From: Dimargaris cristalligena
Taxonomy: Eukaryota
NCBI GenBank assembly: GCA_003614675.1
Contig: ML002309.1
Span: 1-44,278, forward strand
Direction of reading: 5' to 3'
Length of the DNA: 44,278 bases
Positions 9,871 through 22,397 of this stretch are shown piece by piece (position 1 is the first letter of the stretch; each line of letters begins with the position of its first letter). Position numbers and translations under genes: made by a program. The notes under the pieces were generated by a model. It was not told the DNA's origin. It was given only the letters and a program-made list of their open reading frames with translations, and ran no database searches.

Positions 9871-11633
9871 CTACAGATCGATGGTATTGGCTGTCGGGGG
9901 GATTAACGATTTCGCATTGGCCACGATCGTCATATTAGGAGCATAGAGGTTGATAGACTCGGGGTAAAAGTCCTCAGAGGGAATCAAATCCTTGCCCAGT
10001 CCCCCGGCCATGGTGTTCGCCGAGGCGGCCAAGTCATTGTCTAGTATTCCCGTGGCTGCAGAGGCAGCGGCAGCTACCGCCATTTCGGTCGTGGAGGGAT
10101 TGTAACTGCTGTTGTAGGTTTGTTCATGGAGATACCACCGGCCTTCCCGAGTGATACACCCAGCGGGTAGAGGGTCCTGGGTGTCCGTGCCCGGCGGACA
10201 GAGACTGAATGTGATGGCGATGGCATAACTCCGTTTGTCGTTGACCCGACAGTGCATACTACCCACCAGCGCCTGCTGGATGTTAACCGCCAGCGGTTCC
10301 TTCAGCACACACCGAACCTGCTGCCAGCGGGACTGGTCGACATCCCAACGGTCGTGGACTGGGAGGCCCGGGGATGAGTGGCCGCAAAAGGCTGGAAATG
10401 GAGGTCGAACCATCCGGCCACTCCGTGCACGATTCCGGTATACCGGCAGGTCCAGGCAAACGGAACGGTAAAGTCCTTCAGTTCGTCGACCGTGACCGTG
10501 GCGAAATCGACAGTATAGCCGTGCGGGGCGGGACTCGCCAAGAGCGAGCGGGGATCGAAGTAACCCACCACCGGCATACGAAAGTATTCGCCCAGGGCGG
10601 TCCCGAACAGCGGAGACTGATCAACCCCGGCTGTTCCCAGAACCGCACCTTGGTCATGGTTTCGGTCCATAGGGCATTGTCCGTGAAGGGCGCCAAATGA
10701 ATCGTCCCATGCGACGGTAAAATCACCCCGCCGGGCTTGAGGTACCGGTCGCGCGCCAGAACAAAGGATTCCAACTTCCGCTCATGCACCAGCAACACCC
10801 CAATGGGCTCGGAAATAATCACGTCCACCTGCGGGATGCAGATGTGCGGGTCCTCCATTCAGGCATTAACCACCTCCACTTGGTTGTGCAGCCAGGGGTT
10901 GCGGGGTTGGGCATTGCGACGGGGGTCGGCCGCTTCGAGAACGGTACGGATGTTTTGGGCCATGTCCGAGGCTTCGACGGCGTATACTTTGGCAGCACCC
11001 GCCTGGACGGCAAAGTACGAGAGAATACCTGATCCAGCACCCACATCGAGGACCTTCTGGTCGTGGAATACGGCGGTGCTGTTCAGTAGGATGGCCTCGT
11101 GGTAGGTAGCGGCACGTACGTAGTCCTGTAGCATATTTTGCTGTATTTATTTTTATATCCAAAAAGAGTAATATCCGAGGGTTCGGCAGATGGGATGACC
11201 ATGAGGGGGGCGCATGTGGTTATAAAGGTTAGCAAATATTTCCTAGAGGTGGCATATTAATCCATAATACTTATCATGAATAAACTTATGAACGCGCTGG
11301 CACTGAGATTCAACATACCATGGACACTGTCCAAACTTCTGGACGGGTACCAGAGTATGCCCTTTGCCCCACACAGCCCAGCCCCACCTGCCCTTAGATT
11401 CTTCGATCGGGACTAGTGTCCGGCAATCAACCCCGCTACGGGTTTCCTTCCCGCTAACCATGTCCACATGCAAAAAATAAAGCACCTACCTGATGTTGAA
11501 GCTGACCGTAATACTGAAAGTAGGCGGGGCCCCGGGGACTTTCCAATTCGCCCTCCTCGGCCATGATGGGATTCTGCTTCGACTCCTTCGCCTGGGCCGG
11601 AGGGGTGGAGGTGGGCTGTGCTGCGTTGGTCAT
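9871..11633 (-). pseudogene. CARM1: Disabled CARM1/PRMT4-like protein arginine methyltransferase; exon 1 11633-11490, intron 11489-11141 (GTAGGT...ACAG), exon 2 11140-9871
   Basis: The spliced junction gives [20 protein letters not shown] (CARM1 signature), followed by [41 protein letters not shown] and WQQVRC. In-frame TGA at 10859-10861; frameshifts at about 10628 and 10327. Confidence 0.88.
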
Positions 11634-14577
11634 CGTGTAGTGGTAATTAAAAAGTGCCAAAAAACGGGCTGGGGTGAAATGTCGATTAGTAATAGAATAG
11701 AGATAATTATAAATAAATACTAAGGAGAATAGAAATAGGAAATCAACTACGCTGAAGGGGATGTTTCGGCCCCGGATATGCGGTCCTCAGAATCCGGTAG
11801 TGAGTAAAATAAAAAATAAGCAGCCAAAAATGTAAGATTCCCTCTTTATATAAAACCGGAAGGGGGCAAAAGACGAGGGGGGTCAATACTGGTAATAGAA
11901 TACGAGGGTGGCAATAATGGCCGTTGAACCAGGGATATGTTTAGCGTGGAAGCCTATAATAGATTGATATAAGATAGTCTAACATTTGCAAGCGAACCTT
12001 TGCGCATTTATATACTTCTAGTAAATACCATGTTCCACCCAAATTTATTACAACGGAACAGGGGACCCATCTAGACCAGGATGGCCGCGACTACCATTGC
12101 CAAAGCAGATATTTTCTGTACTACCGTATCTCTTCACCGCATATCCGCCCAATCCGCTGTCTGTATTCTTCCATTAAGAATAACCGGAAAGTGGCCAATA
12201 CATAATACCCTAAACCCCCATTAATTCAGAACGCTAAGCGATTGTCGGCAACGCTGGTGACAGCAAGGACAGTGGTATTGACTCTCCCATCCCCTTCACG
12301 GGCTATCCCCGCCCTCCGTTTGGCAATTTCGTGGCCGTAGGATATACCTACAGTCACCGTTTCCGTTCTGGCTGACAAAGAGTAGCGGGGGTTCATGGAC
12401 TATTCCAAACCACCTCACTGCCGCCTTGAAAACCAGTAGCAGTCGGCACAACCCACCGCTATACAATCTTCCGCCTATCCCAACCGGGACCACAGGTAGC
12501 TATGCAGGTCCTAAATCCTATGCACTAGTTTGCCCCCCCCCCTTCAAGCGCCATGGCTTTGATACTCCAAGAGATTCGACTTGAGCTGATCCAAGAAAAG
12601 GCAATCGTGTCTTCTCAGACCGATATTTGACCAAAATGATGGCGAAGATGAGAGAAACATAAAGAGAGAGAGCAAGAAATGAGAAACGGGAGAGGTGGTT
12701 GAAATGGGCCACTCTTTATCGAATTATCTGGCACTCAGTACTCATGATTAAGAACATAGTCTATGGAAGATATGGATATTTTGCCAATGTCTCTGTCCGA
12801 CTCAAGGAATCCAGCCAGTCTCAATATTAGGGAGGCATTGTGTGACGGCTAACCATGTCCATGCACCCAATAATCAGCATTTTAGCCATCCTCACATAGC
12901 CCGGCCCCATTAACTTTACCTCCCAAGGTACATGATTATAAGCCGATTTTTAAAATTAATCGAATTCCAAGTATGATTCGTTGCTTAGCGCAGAAACATT
13001 GGGGATTTACTACAGTAATTAATTTCCTTATTCAAACAAACCACAATTATCCGCGGAAACCATCCTATCCATAGCTGAAGCCATATATATTCCCCCCCCG
13101 CCAAACCGACTATTTAGCAATACCCGTCCAATACCCATTATTTATTTTTCAGTAACTTCCATTTTCACTATCAAACGGTGAAAGGGCTGGCCGGCTCTTC
13201 CTTATTGTCCAACTGCATCAAGCCGCCCCTTTCCGGGCCATTTAACCCAAATGGCCCAACCAGTTTGGAGGAAAACATATCCGTCTGTATGGTTCCTATC
13301 GTTTTATTTGTTTGTTGTACCCCATTAGTCCTACAAACTTTTTCCAGGGCCGTAGTTATCCAACCAGCTGATATCTATATCTATTCTTTTCCTTTCCGAG
13401 GGTTTTTTTTCTACACTTGCCAATACCCTCCGACAATATCCCGTTCTTCCAACGTATTTCCCGGTCCGCCGGCGAAAATTCCGATATATTTATAATTGGC
13501 CCCGACCATCCAGCGATGGATGCGAACCCACCCCCCGTGGAGATTTTCGACTTTTCGAGACAGTACCGAGCATCATTCTAACCCTTCCAAGTTTATTTAG
13601 CCCCACCACTACTAATATAATGCCCGAGTTAAGTATGCGAACTTTTAGCGGCGATCAGGCAAAGGCCTTTTTATTTTTCGAGGGGTGGGTTATAGTGTTT
13701 CATTATTGGTATTTTTTTGGCCACTCCCAGCCCTAAAAAAAATAATTATAATAAAAAAACCCCCATTGATCCGTAGATCGACAATAATGTGGTAGACATT
13801 ATAGCTTCCCCTTACCCTATATATTTCGTCAGCCATTGGATAGGTTCAATCCCGATGATCTCCCTTCCTGTCCCTACCCTTCCCGCCCCCTCACTACATC
13901 TCGTTATGGTATATAAGCTCTTCCAGATACATCAACCGCCGCCCTCAATAATCGACAGTGCCAAGGTGGATCGGTTACTCTATATGGATATACACACTCG
14001 CCAATTGTCCTCGATATCTAATGAATAGACGGATCGATTCGCCCCGTACACCCTTAAATCAAATCTCGAGGGTTCTTGAGTACAGTCGTCTGGGAATAGC
14101 CATAGCTAAACCCCTATTAGGCAAGCTTAAATAAATTGGAGAAGAGAGGAGGGCATCTCTTTTACAGCTGCCCGAATAAACATATTGGGAGGTAATGCCG
14201 TAATTCGTTATTAGAAAGATTTAAGGGGCGTTTATTTTATAACATTTAGAAGTCGACAATCAACCATAAAGGGTTAGAGGGGGAAAGGGATAAATGTAAA
14301 GAAGAGCCAGAACAGACCACTGAATGTTTTTTGCTTTTCTGTTAGGGTTAATATTGTATAGGCCACTATACCACTGTCAGTCGGGGAAATAGGATATACA
14401 CCCCTGTCAATTCAGATCCCAAAACAACCTGCAAATCGGCAATTTAACATCGACCTCCACTAAGGAAAGTACTGTATAGAAAAAAAAACAGCACCAAAAC
14501 AGTTATCAGACGCCGATATTTTGTTTGTTTTGTTTTCTTTTAAGAAAGAGGAATAAGAAATGCCGGATTCAATCAGT

Positions 14578-17022
14578 TTAGTGTAGGGTTTGGGGACGAT
14601 GAAAGTAGTGCGGTTCGGAAGCCCCGTGGTTAATCCGCGTAACCTCCGACGACTCGGCGGCCAGGTTAAGCAAAGCAGGTGGGTGGCTGCTTGGCCAGTC
14701 GGAGAAATCCAAAGGCAATTGGGGAGACACAGGGGTGGATCGGGCGGTTACGAAGGAAGGCAAGTGGTGGGCACTGGCATCCATTCCGGGAAAGGCGGCC
14801 AGCGAAGTCGGGGGGAAGGACGGCGGCGGCAGATGAGTCGAGGATAGCAGTGGGCTAACGGACATCGCGACTTGTTCAGACGTAGTTCGCTGATGCAGCG
14901 GACGCTGAATGGCTGGAGGTGCAAACGGGGAGGTGTCGTAGAGCGAGTGGCGGGAGGCCATACCCGGTCGACCACCCTGGGGAGCGGCACCGAACCCCGG
15001 GGGAGGCCGGCGACAGACCCGCTGCAACTGCTGCTGCTGATTCTGTTGGCGTTGGGACTTGAGAAAATCTAGGCTCACTTGCCAGTGCGGGTCAAAGGGC
15101 GAATACCAGCGGGATCGGTTATTCATGGCAGCCGTGGGGGTGTGGGTGGACGGAGTCCCGGCAGGATGACGGATAGGTCCAGCGGGAGCCCGTCGTGGGG
15201 CAACCGGACTTAAGGCCGAGGCAGGTCGAGAAGGGATCAGGTCGGGTGACACACCAGCGGAGCGGGAAATGGGCTCAATCAGCTGGGTATTCGAAAAACT
15301 GGTCAGATCGGGCGTAGAGCGCATGGGAGTAGTAGTAAACGATGACGCCAGCGAGGATGGGGGAAAGAACGATGGCTGCAACGTGTAGCGGAATTGGGCA
15401 ATGGGCTGATCCAGGGGCTGGGAATTCACAGTCAACTCAGCTACGGGGGGCGGGGGATTTTTCCATGTGTCAGGGGCGCCGCCGGGCAGAAGGTCGTCGG
15501 CTTCGGGTGACGGGTAGCCGGGAGGAGACGCTAAACGGGACTTGCTCGGACCAGAGGCCATCGTTGGGCCCGGAGTCTGAGTAACAATCGAGGCAAGAGA
15601 AGCGGGTTTAGACATAGGCGGTGAAGAGCTATGGTGCTTGGGGGGGACTGGAGAACTGGACTGGGTGGCTGGGTGGGCGGGGGACGACACGGAAGAGTTG
15701 CCGACATCGGCGGGGGCGGTGGAAGCTCGGTAAGAGCGGATTGAGGACAAGTTCGGGGAAGAAGCAGGTACCGATGGGGTAGGGGTGGGCATAGACTGAC
15801 AGGAGGTTGGAACGGCATGGGTATCCACGACAGGGTTCGCCGTGGTCGTTGGCGCAACTACTTGGTTACGCCGCTGACTGCGTTTCCGAGATTTGCCCTT
15901 TTTGGATATCGGCGCGGTGGGAGTCACAGGGTGCGATTGGGAACATGGCAGCGATTTAACCTGCGGCGTGTCCCTGGCCAAGGCTGGGATAACGTTCGCA
16001 GCGGCGGGCAGTGTTAGTGATTCAGTCGCAATCGTATCATCAGCTGAGGGGCATTCTTCCGGGCTTTGGCTGAGCTTACAGTGATCCGCCAGCGGTTTAG
16101 TTACGGGGTCAATAGTATCACTTTGGGTATCCCGAACAGTGGTGACTGGTTTAGGTGACACGGACGGGCCGGTTGGTAAAGAGGGAGAGGGGCCAGATGT
16201 TGGTGCTGATCCGGCAAATGGGCGCGTGACCAGCGGTTCCTGAAGGCCTATTGGGCTGCCTGACCTTACCCAAAGGGCTGCGGGCGGATAAGTCGGCGAT
16301 ACCGGAGAGGAGAGGGGCTGGCAAAGGTGAGGGGGGGCGGCGAATGCTGGGATAATTTCATCGTGATCATGCTCGGATTTGGCAGTAGCCGCGGATATTG
16401 GTGGTGGTGGCTGCGGTGGCGTGTCGGTTGAAGAAGAAAATGGACTGCTGGATTCGGTGGAGGTGGATCTCCCGGGAAAGTCGTTGGCGGACTCGGGCCG
16501 TTCTTCGACATTGGGACAATCGGGGGTGTTGGCCTCCTGTTTCTCGACCCAGTTGGGTTCTTCGGAAGACGACTCCATAATACCAGAGTTGGCAGCCGCT
16601 TCGGTGTCCTCCGCCCCGGCCGAATCCTGTCCCTCCAACCGTCTAGCTAGGAGACCATTGAGTAAAGCCTGCCAAAGCGACTGGTCGGAAAATAGGATAT
16701 CGGTACAGTAGGCCAAGTGGGACCGCCTGGTGGGCAACCGGTGGGTGCGAACGACCACTTTCGTAAGGATCGACCAACTGCGTAAAAGTATCAGGCCCAG
16801 CAGCAGCAGCAAGGACCCCACCATCAGAGCGGAAGCCATGGGCGGAGCGGTGATGAAGTGGTAAATATAACTGGTGGTAAGCATACTAAACAAGAAAAGC
16901 AAAAAAGTAAAGTCGAGGGGCTCAGCGACGGTGGTGGGGTTCTCAGTGAGTGGGGTTGGAGATAACGCCAGGTGGTGGTGGTCCCCCTCGCGCAACTGAT
17001 TCGATAGCGACAGGGCTACCAT
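14578..17022 (-). CDS. Hypothetical protein with two N-terminal transmembrane segments and a long Pro/Ser/Thr-rich disordered tail
   Basis: ORF of over 800 codons with GC-rich coding composition. Hydrophobic segments FTFLLFLFSMLTTSYIYHFI and ALMVGSLLLLLGLILL, basic patch KKGKSRKRSQRR, aromatic island RWYSPF. First ATG at 17022; the true 5' end is uncertain. Confidence 0.8.
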   Translation of the reverse strand: MVALSLSNQLREGDHHHLALSPTPLTENPTTVAEPLDFTFLLFLFSMLTTSYIYHFITAPPMASALMVGSLLLLLGLILLRSWSILTKVVVRTHRLPTRRSHLAYCTDILFSDQSLWQALLNGLLARRLEGQDSAGAEDTEAAANSGIMESSSEEPNWVEKQEANTPDCPNVEERPESANDFPGRSTSTESSSPFSSSTDTPPQPPPPISAATAKSEHDHDEIIPAFAAPPHLCQPLSSPVSPTYPPAALWVRSGSPIGLQEPLVTRPFAGSAPTSGPSPSLPTGPSVSPKPVTTVRDTQSDTIDPVTKPLADHCKLSQSPEECPSADDTIATESLTLPAAANVIPALARDTPQVKSLPCSQSHPVTPTAPISKKGKSRKRSQRRNQVVAPTTTANPVVDTHAVPTSCQSMPTPTPSVPASSPNLSSIRSYRASTAPADVGNSSVSSPAHPATQSSSPVPPKHHSSSPPMSKPASLASIVTQTPGPTMASGPSKSRLASPPGYPSPEADDLLPGGAPDTWKNPPPPVAELTVNSQPLDQPIAQFRYTLQPSFFPPSSLASSFTTTPMRSTPDLTSFSNTQLIEPISRSAGVSPDLIPSRPASALSPVAPRRAPAGPIRHPAGTPSTHTPTAAMNNRSRWYSPFDPHWQVSLDFLKSQRQQNQQQQLQRVCRRPPPGFGAAPQGGRPGMASRHSLYDTSPFAPPAIQRPLHQRTTSEQVAMSVSPLLSSTHLPPPSFPPTSLAAFPGMDASAHHLPSFVTARSTPVSPQLPLDFSDWPSSHPPALLNLAAESSEVTRINHGASEPHYFHRPQTLH

Positions 17023-17498
17023 AAGCCAGGGACGTACGCCGGTGAGGTCCACACCGCAGGGTGCATAGACAGCCAGGTAAAAGGTAGTTTGGGGGGCTTA
17101 GTAATAGGAAAAGGTAGAGTACCCTCTAGCGGAGGAAGCAACCCAAGCAAGACTAAAATACGAGAAGGAGGGGGGAATCGGGGCAATGAAAAGGGGACCC
17201 GTGGGCGACGGCGAGCGTCAGTCGGCTCAACGTCCAAATAAAGGGTATCCACACAAGGACACTATCCCGGAAATAATTATATAGAACCGATAAAACGAGC
17301 GGACGAGGAAAGTGGAGTCGGAATGACGGGGTAGCTAGACAGTAGAGACAAGCGGGGAGGGAATTACAAAAAGGTTGGGAAAAGAAAGAAGTGTATAAAA
17401 CAACGGTGAGTTTTTTAAATAAGCAATAAAGCCCATCGACACCACTAAAAAGAGTCAACGAGGCTCATAGTGCGGCGTTTGGGCTGCTTTGGCAATGC

Positions 17499-17534
<36 letters not shown>

Positions 17535-17838
17535 GTGGTGGTCGTAACAGTGTTGAGCCAAAAAAAACAAGGCCAAAGTTGGGTGGGCCTGTGTGGTTGG
17601 GAGGAGTGAGTGAGAGAGATTACGAGACAGACAGGCCCAGCACAGCGGCACTATATCAGGCCAGGCCAGGGGTGAAGGGAGGAGATTCGAGGAGGAAATG
17701 GTAGTGGGTGGAAAAGAAGAGAGAGAGGGAGAGAAGCCCCGCAACGGAGAGTGACGACGCATACACCGCATTGGCAATCCAGGGCAGCCAACGCCTTGGG
17801 GATGACGCATTCACACCCAATCCACTAATGCCATTCGC

Positions 17839-17871
<33 letters not shown>

Positions 17872-17878
17872 CTCTCTC
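17839..17878. repeat. (CT)n microsatellite
   Basis: Read directly; a (GTGTAT)-type repeat also lies at about 17499-17536. Confidence 0.9.
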
Positions 17879-19110
17879 CTCTCCGCACCACTACCATAAT
17901 ATACCTTCAACACTGTCGCTCCAACCCAGCTTCAAAAGCGCAGACATACACCCTCCCAGAAAAAGAGCCATCTTTTACACCTACAACTGCAGACTGTCTT
18001 GCTATGACAGCCTTAAATCCACAGTTTATAGGGGGGCTATGGGCACGGTGCATTAATGTATATATACGCATTGACACACCCATGGCTATCCCCTCCCATC
18101 CGGCTATCAAGCCAAGGCCATCTCCACTTCGGTGGTCATCAGACCCACGCCAATTTCTGCACACACATAAGCCCGGCCGTTAATCCTCGCATAAAGACTT
18201 ACCTAATGGGATGTGGTTGGGAACGACGGGCACGGCAAGTTAAACGCAGTCACCGGGACGATGGGAACGGGTTGCGAAGAAAGGGCGGGTGTGTGAGCGA
18301 ACCGGCACAGGGTCGGAAACAGAAACGCTCTTGGACTGGGAAACAGCGTAAGGGAGAAACTGAACTAATAATCCGGGCAAGGCTAAGTAGCGGAAGAAGA
18401 CACGGCGGATACACAGTCAATCAAACAGCAAGGTAAGGAGCAAGTCCAGAGGTTAAATAATCGGCTACACGGTTATAGAGACAGGGGGAACGCCAGCTAG
18501 ATGGCCGAAGGAGGCGCAGGCGTGCATAAGAATAGTCACTCGGAATGGAAGCCTGGTACACAGCTGCGTGCAAAAAACTAGGCGTATATATTGGCCGTAA
18601 TTCGGGAGGTAGAATGCGATAATTAAACTATAATAAAAGAGCGTAGGCCGGTATATAAATGAGAGCGATGGATGCTTGGTGCCATGCGCATATCAATATA
18701 TTTACACGGTATCAAGGGAGCAGGCTCCCAGAGAAAAATAGTGGATGCCCAAGAAATCGGGATCCGAAACACTAACAAGGGAGGATGGGAAAAGATGAGC
18801 GGGAGGATGAACTATCCGAGATTGTCCATATCTTTGTGATGCTGATATCCAATACTAAAGTGAAGCTACTTTGGCAGCAGGTATATGAATGCTACGGTAA
18901 ATGTATATACTATTAACAATTCAAATGTGGGCATGGGAGATGGCACTAAGCCAGTAAGTGAGTATGGCAGTGAAGGGAAATAAAATCATAAGGAGGAAAG
19001 GGGGTGTATGTATAAATAGAGCAATACAGTGTAGGTACCGTCGAGGAAAACAAAAATGCACGGAAACTAGATGAAAAAAAGGAGTACCGTGCAAAGTCAA
19101 TGACCGTTAT

Positions 19111-21153
19111 TTATATACATAGTCGAGGTACACCCGATTCACTGTACTTACCAATCGATTTAGTTGTAAAGACCTTTTGTGTTGGGTGAGAACGGTAGGT
19201 TATAGGCGTATTAAATCCACTGAGGCATCTGTAAGTAAAAGTAGCTATTAAAACCCAACCCCCCAATGATTGGGTTACATTGAATATGTGACAATAGACG
19301 AAAAATAATATTGTAGTAAAATCCGCCAGCGAGGTTAGTTTCAAATATGCGCGGTAGAGAGCCGAATCCAGAGATGTGGCGATATGAATATTATCCGTAA
19401 CCGGTCCTGGGCATTTCCTACTTGTGATGCGGGCTCCTCTATACTGCTTAGACAAAGAGCAGGGGCGAAAGGGCAGAGTGTCTGTGTATGGGAATGGTTG
19501 CACCAAATGTAACTTGAATCAACCAGCTAATCCAACGGAAAACGGAAGGAAAATGTGAAAAATAGGCTAGTGCGTAGCGATAACACGTGTACTCTTCCCT
19601 CTCCCGCTACTCTCTCTCTCTCTCTCTCTCTTATATATATCGGATAAGGGATAATGAAGCAAGGGAGGCTAAGGTAGCCAGAAGCCGAATGGTGAATTTC
19701 TAGTTGGCGATTCGGAATAATGATATAAAGTATACGGCGGCAGTGGCTATATTCAACCATGCGAGGTCGCTGCGCGACTATCCCACCTGCGCAACTTCAT
19801 AGAACCTCTTTCCTTAAAAAAAACAACAGACAATAAAAGAAGAGAAATGGGCACCCCCTAGAATATACCAAGCCGGTGAAGCAGGAACTGTATCCTCCAT
19901 ATTAAACGGCACGGACCCATTGGCATGCAATAGCCAAAATAAATAGAGATTTTTACCGGTGCGAGGAAAGGGGCCGGTACTAAAGTCCTATTGGGTAAAT
20001 GTAATGGATTGTACTACTCGTTGGGGTACACAGTCTCGAAGAGTCTGCACTGAACGTGAAGCCGACTTGCGAAATGCGGGCGGGTATAGGAGATGTAGGC
20101 TTACCTAGGGACAACGGCAGCACTGGCTAAACGCCGGGGATATTTATATAAAGCGATTGTATATAAATGTCGCAAAAATACAACAGGTCGAAAAAGTAGA
20201 CCAGCCCGTAGCTAAAAGACGGGTAAGGGTTTTATCGGATTGCTAATAATTAATGAATAGTCTCGCCAAAGGTATATAGAAACATACAAAAAAAAATGAT
20301 TACAGAAAATATGGATGATATTGGCTCAATGTTAGTCTAGAGTTGAAGGGGGGAGGGTGTGAGGTAAAGGAGAGGGTGGGCTGGTCAGTGGTTATATAAT
20401 TTATCTTATACAGATAGTGTGGACTTGTAGATTAAGGGCTGAAGAAAGATTGCCTCACTATTTGCCACCCGTGGATAGGGTACATTTAAGGGGACGAGGC
20501 TTAGTTAGAGGGAGCGAAGGTGATAAAACTGGAGAAAGGTACAGTGGATAGGGAGCGAGTACAAGCACCGGGTCTCTCTCCCATTTAGTTGAAAACGATT
20601 CCTTGGGGGGGGGGACATTTAAACTAGCGGTAGCCCAGCCCATAGTGGCTGCTCTTTCAAAGACAATGGGCACCATTATAGTCGGCCTATTGAACCATCG
20701 GAGAGGAAGATCGGGACTTACCTAGGGCGGTCCTAATAATTTCCTTTCGCCAAGTTGCGAAGTACAGGGACTCCTCCCCCCCTTTCCCTTCTCCCCCTCC
20801 CTAACTACCGTAACCGCTCGCCAATACGGCGACCACTGCCTTAATTACTATGGTTCTCCCCTCTCCCCCACCGGTTTCATTGGAGGGAGAATCGGGGCAA
20901 AGGAGGAGTAAATAGGCGTGGGCTTAGAATTGGGACTATTATTATATCGGCCCCTGCGGGTACCAGACTAGATACCCGTTTCGGTAGATCGAAGCCAATT
21001 CGCATTGCCCGCATTAGGGCGTGCTCTCTCGAATACTCCTTTTTCGCCTACTCTACAACTCAACCTACCTTTACAAGTGTCTGTCTGATTATAATAGCCC
21101 TCCGCCAATGCCCCATAAATAATGTCTGTGGTCGTGCCGTTAATGTTAGTCAT
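19111..21153 (-). pseudogene. Possible decayed multi-exon, multi-pass membrane protein (receptor-like)
   Basis: ATG at 21153 in ACCATG context encodes MTNINGTTT...YYNQTDTCK, followed by a GTAGGT donor at 21068. Downstream hydrophobic frames contain stops at about 20330-20110 and 19765-19640. ORF 19111-19506 has two TM-like segments. Confidence 0.35.
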
Positions 21154-21723
21154 GGTAGTGGTATTTTGTATATGGAAAAGCACATGTAAAAATAACTGCG
21201 AGGAGGGGGGGCTATCTCCAAATAGGGGGGGATTGCAAAATAAAGGCGAATGGTTCATGGTTGGACAATCTTCGATTATCACCAAGAAGAACAAGGCCAT
21301 GCCCTGATCCAATCGGCCAGCGGAATGGCCATAGGTGATGGTTAAAAGCCAATGGTTAGAATTTTAGCTAGTTACAAGTAAAACCGTTCTATTTTTAGTC
21401 TCGGGTAAATGTGGTAGCCTATTGAGGGTGAGGAGTATGTACACATTAGTAAAGGCATAGGGCCGCTGAACTGACCATGTTGTGCAACTTGACCCGTCAC
21501 CAAGACTAAGTAACCGGCAGACGGTGATATATACATTTATATTTACTTACAAGGTATTAGGCGTTTTTCGGGAGGCATTGCTAACGGGCCGTTGTATAAC
21601 CTACACGGTAGAAGTCGATATCCAATATGCACATGTATCATAAATACACCAACTTATAAGAAAACATTAATGAGCTGTCAGGCTCTTACTCGGCCCATCT
21701 AAATAACCTGCAGCCATTTTGAA

Positions 21724-22397
21724 TTAACAGATGCATACAACGAGTGGGCCGCTGGGTCGATAGTATGGCATATGTGCATAGAGCGACGATGCCTCGTTTG
21801 GTATAAACACGGGTTTGGAGGGAAGCATATCATCCCTCATGTCCTTTATATTGAACGGGTGGTGCATGGGTAGCGTCTCACATCGCATTGACTTATTGAC
21901 TAAAACATTGTCTGTCTGGTAAATGCATGTCATTAAACCTGTTGATGTGGTGAAGCAAAAGTGTTACGGGGGCTTTGTCGAATACAAGGGCGTTTTAGTC
22001 GATAATTAGGTAAGAGATGGGTGTTGGTACTTGTAGAACTGTTTTAGGGCACATTTTAATGGCCACGTATTTGTCGATGTATAGTATACCACGAGTGCCC
22101 AACCTCCTGCTGTTTGTAGTTAAACCATACCACATAACGGCATCGTAAATGGGGAATGAATGTCGGATTGATGTAATACTGTTTATTGGTATATTTCCCG
22201 GAAACCGGGTGTCGCCCATACGGAGGGAATACCAAGCGACGTGGCAACAGCCGAGCTGGACGGCTGTTCCCGTTAACTTGCCCCCCTACTTTAACTGACT
22301 TAAACGTTGGTTGAGCATATCCATTGAACCCCGGGATTTCTATTTCTACTGTACGTGGGCCTTTACCCAACTCCCCGGAGTGTATACCATTCCGCAA
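21724..22397 (-). pseudogene. Degenerate coding remnant, weakly adenylation (AMP-binding/NRPS A) domain-like
   Basis: Three consecutive minus-strand ORFs with eroded look-alikes of A-domain motifs in the expected order. Confidence 0.22.

Noticed and set aside
10859-10861. In-frame TGA in CARM1 as selenocysteine, readthrough or alternative genetic code
   Set aside because: The position aligns with a basic residue rather than Cys or Trp, and two frameshifting deletions kill the gene anyway. Intact genes here end normally in TAA, TAG or TGA.
12296-12712. Two short minus-strand ORFs, one with a TM-like stretch
   Set aside because: Non-ATG starts; the hydrophobicity is explained by a CT-rich tract; no family motif.
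13770-13862. tRNA-like signals: hairpin ATAATGT-GGTAG-ACATTAT and B-box-like GGTTCAATCCC
   Set aside because: No consistent acceptor or anticodon stem could be built, and the T-stem has a mismatch.
20097-20726. Repeated CTTACCTAGGG at about 20100 and 20717
   Set aside because: Best explained as minus-strand splice-donor consensus (AG|GTAAG) or chance, not transposon ends.
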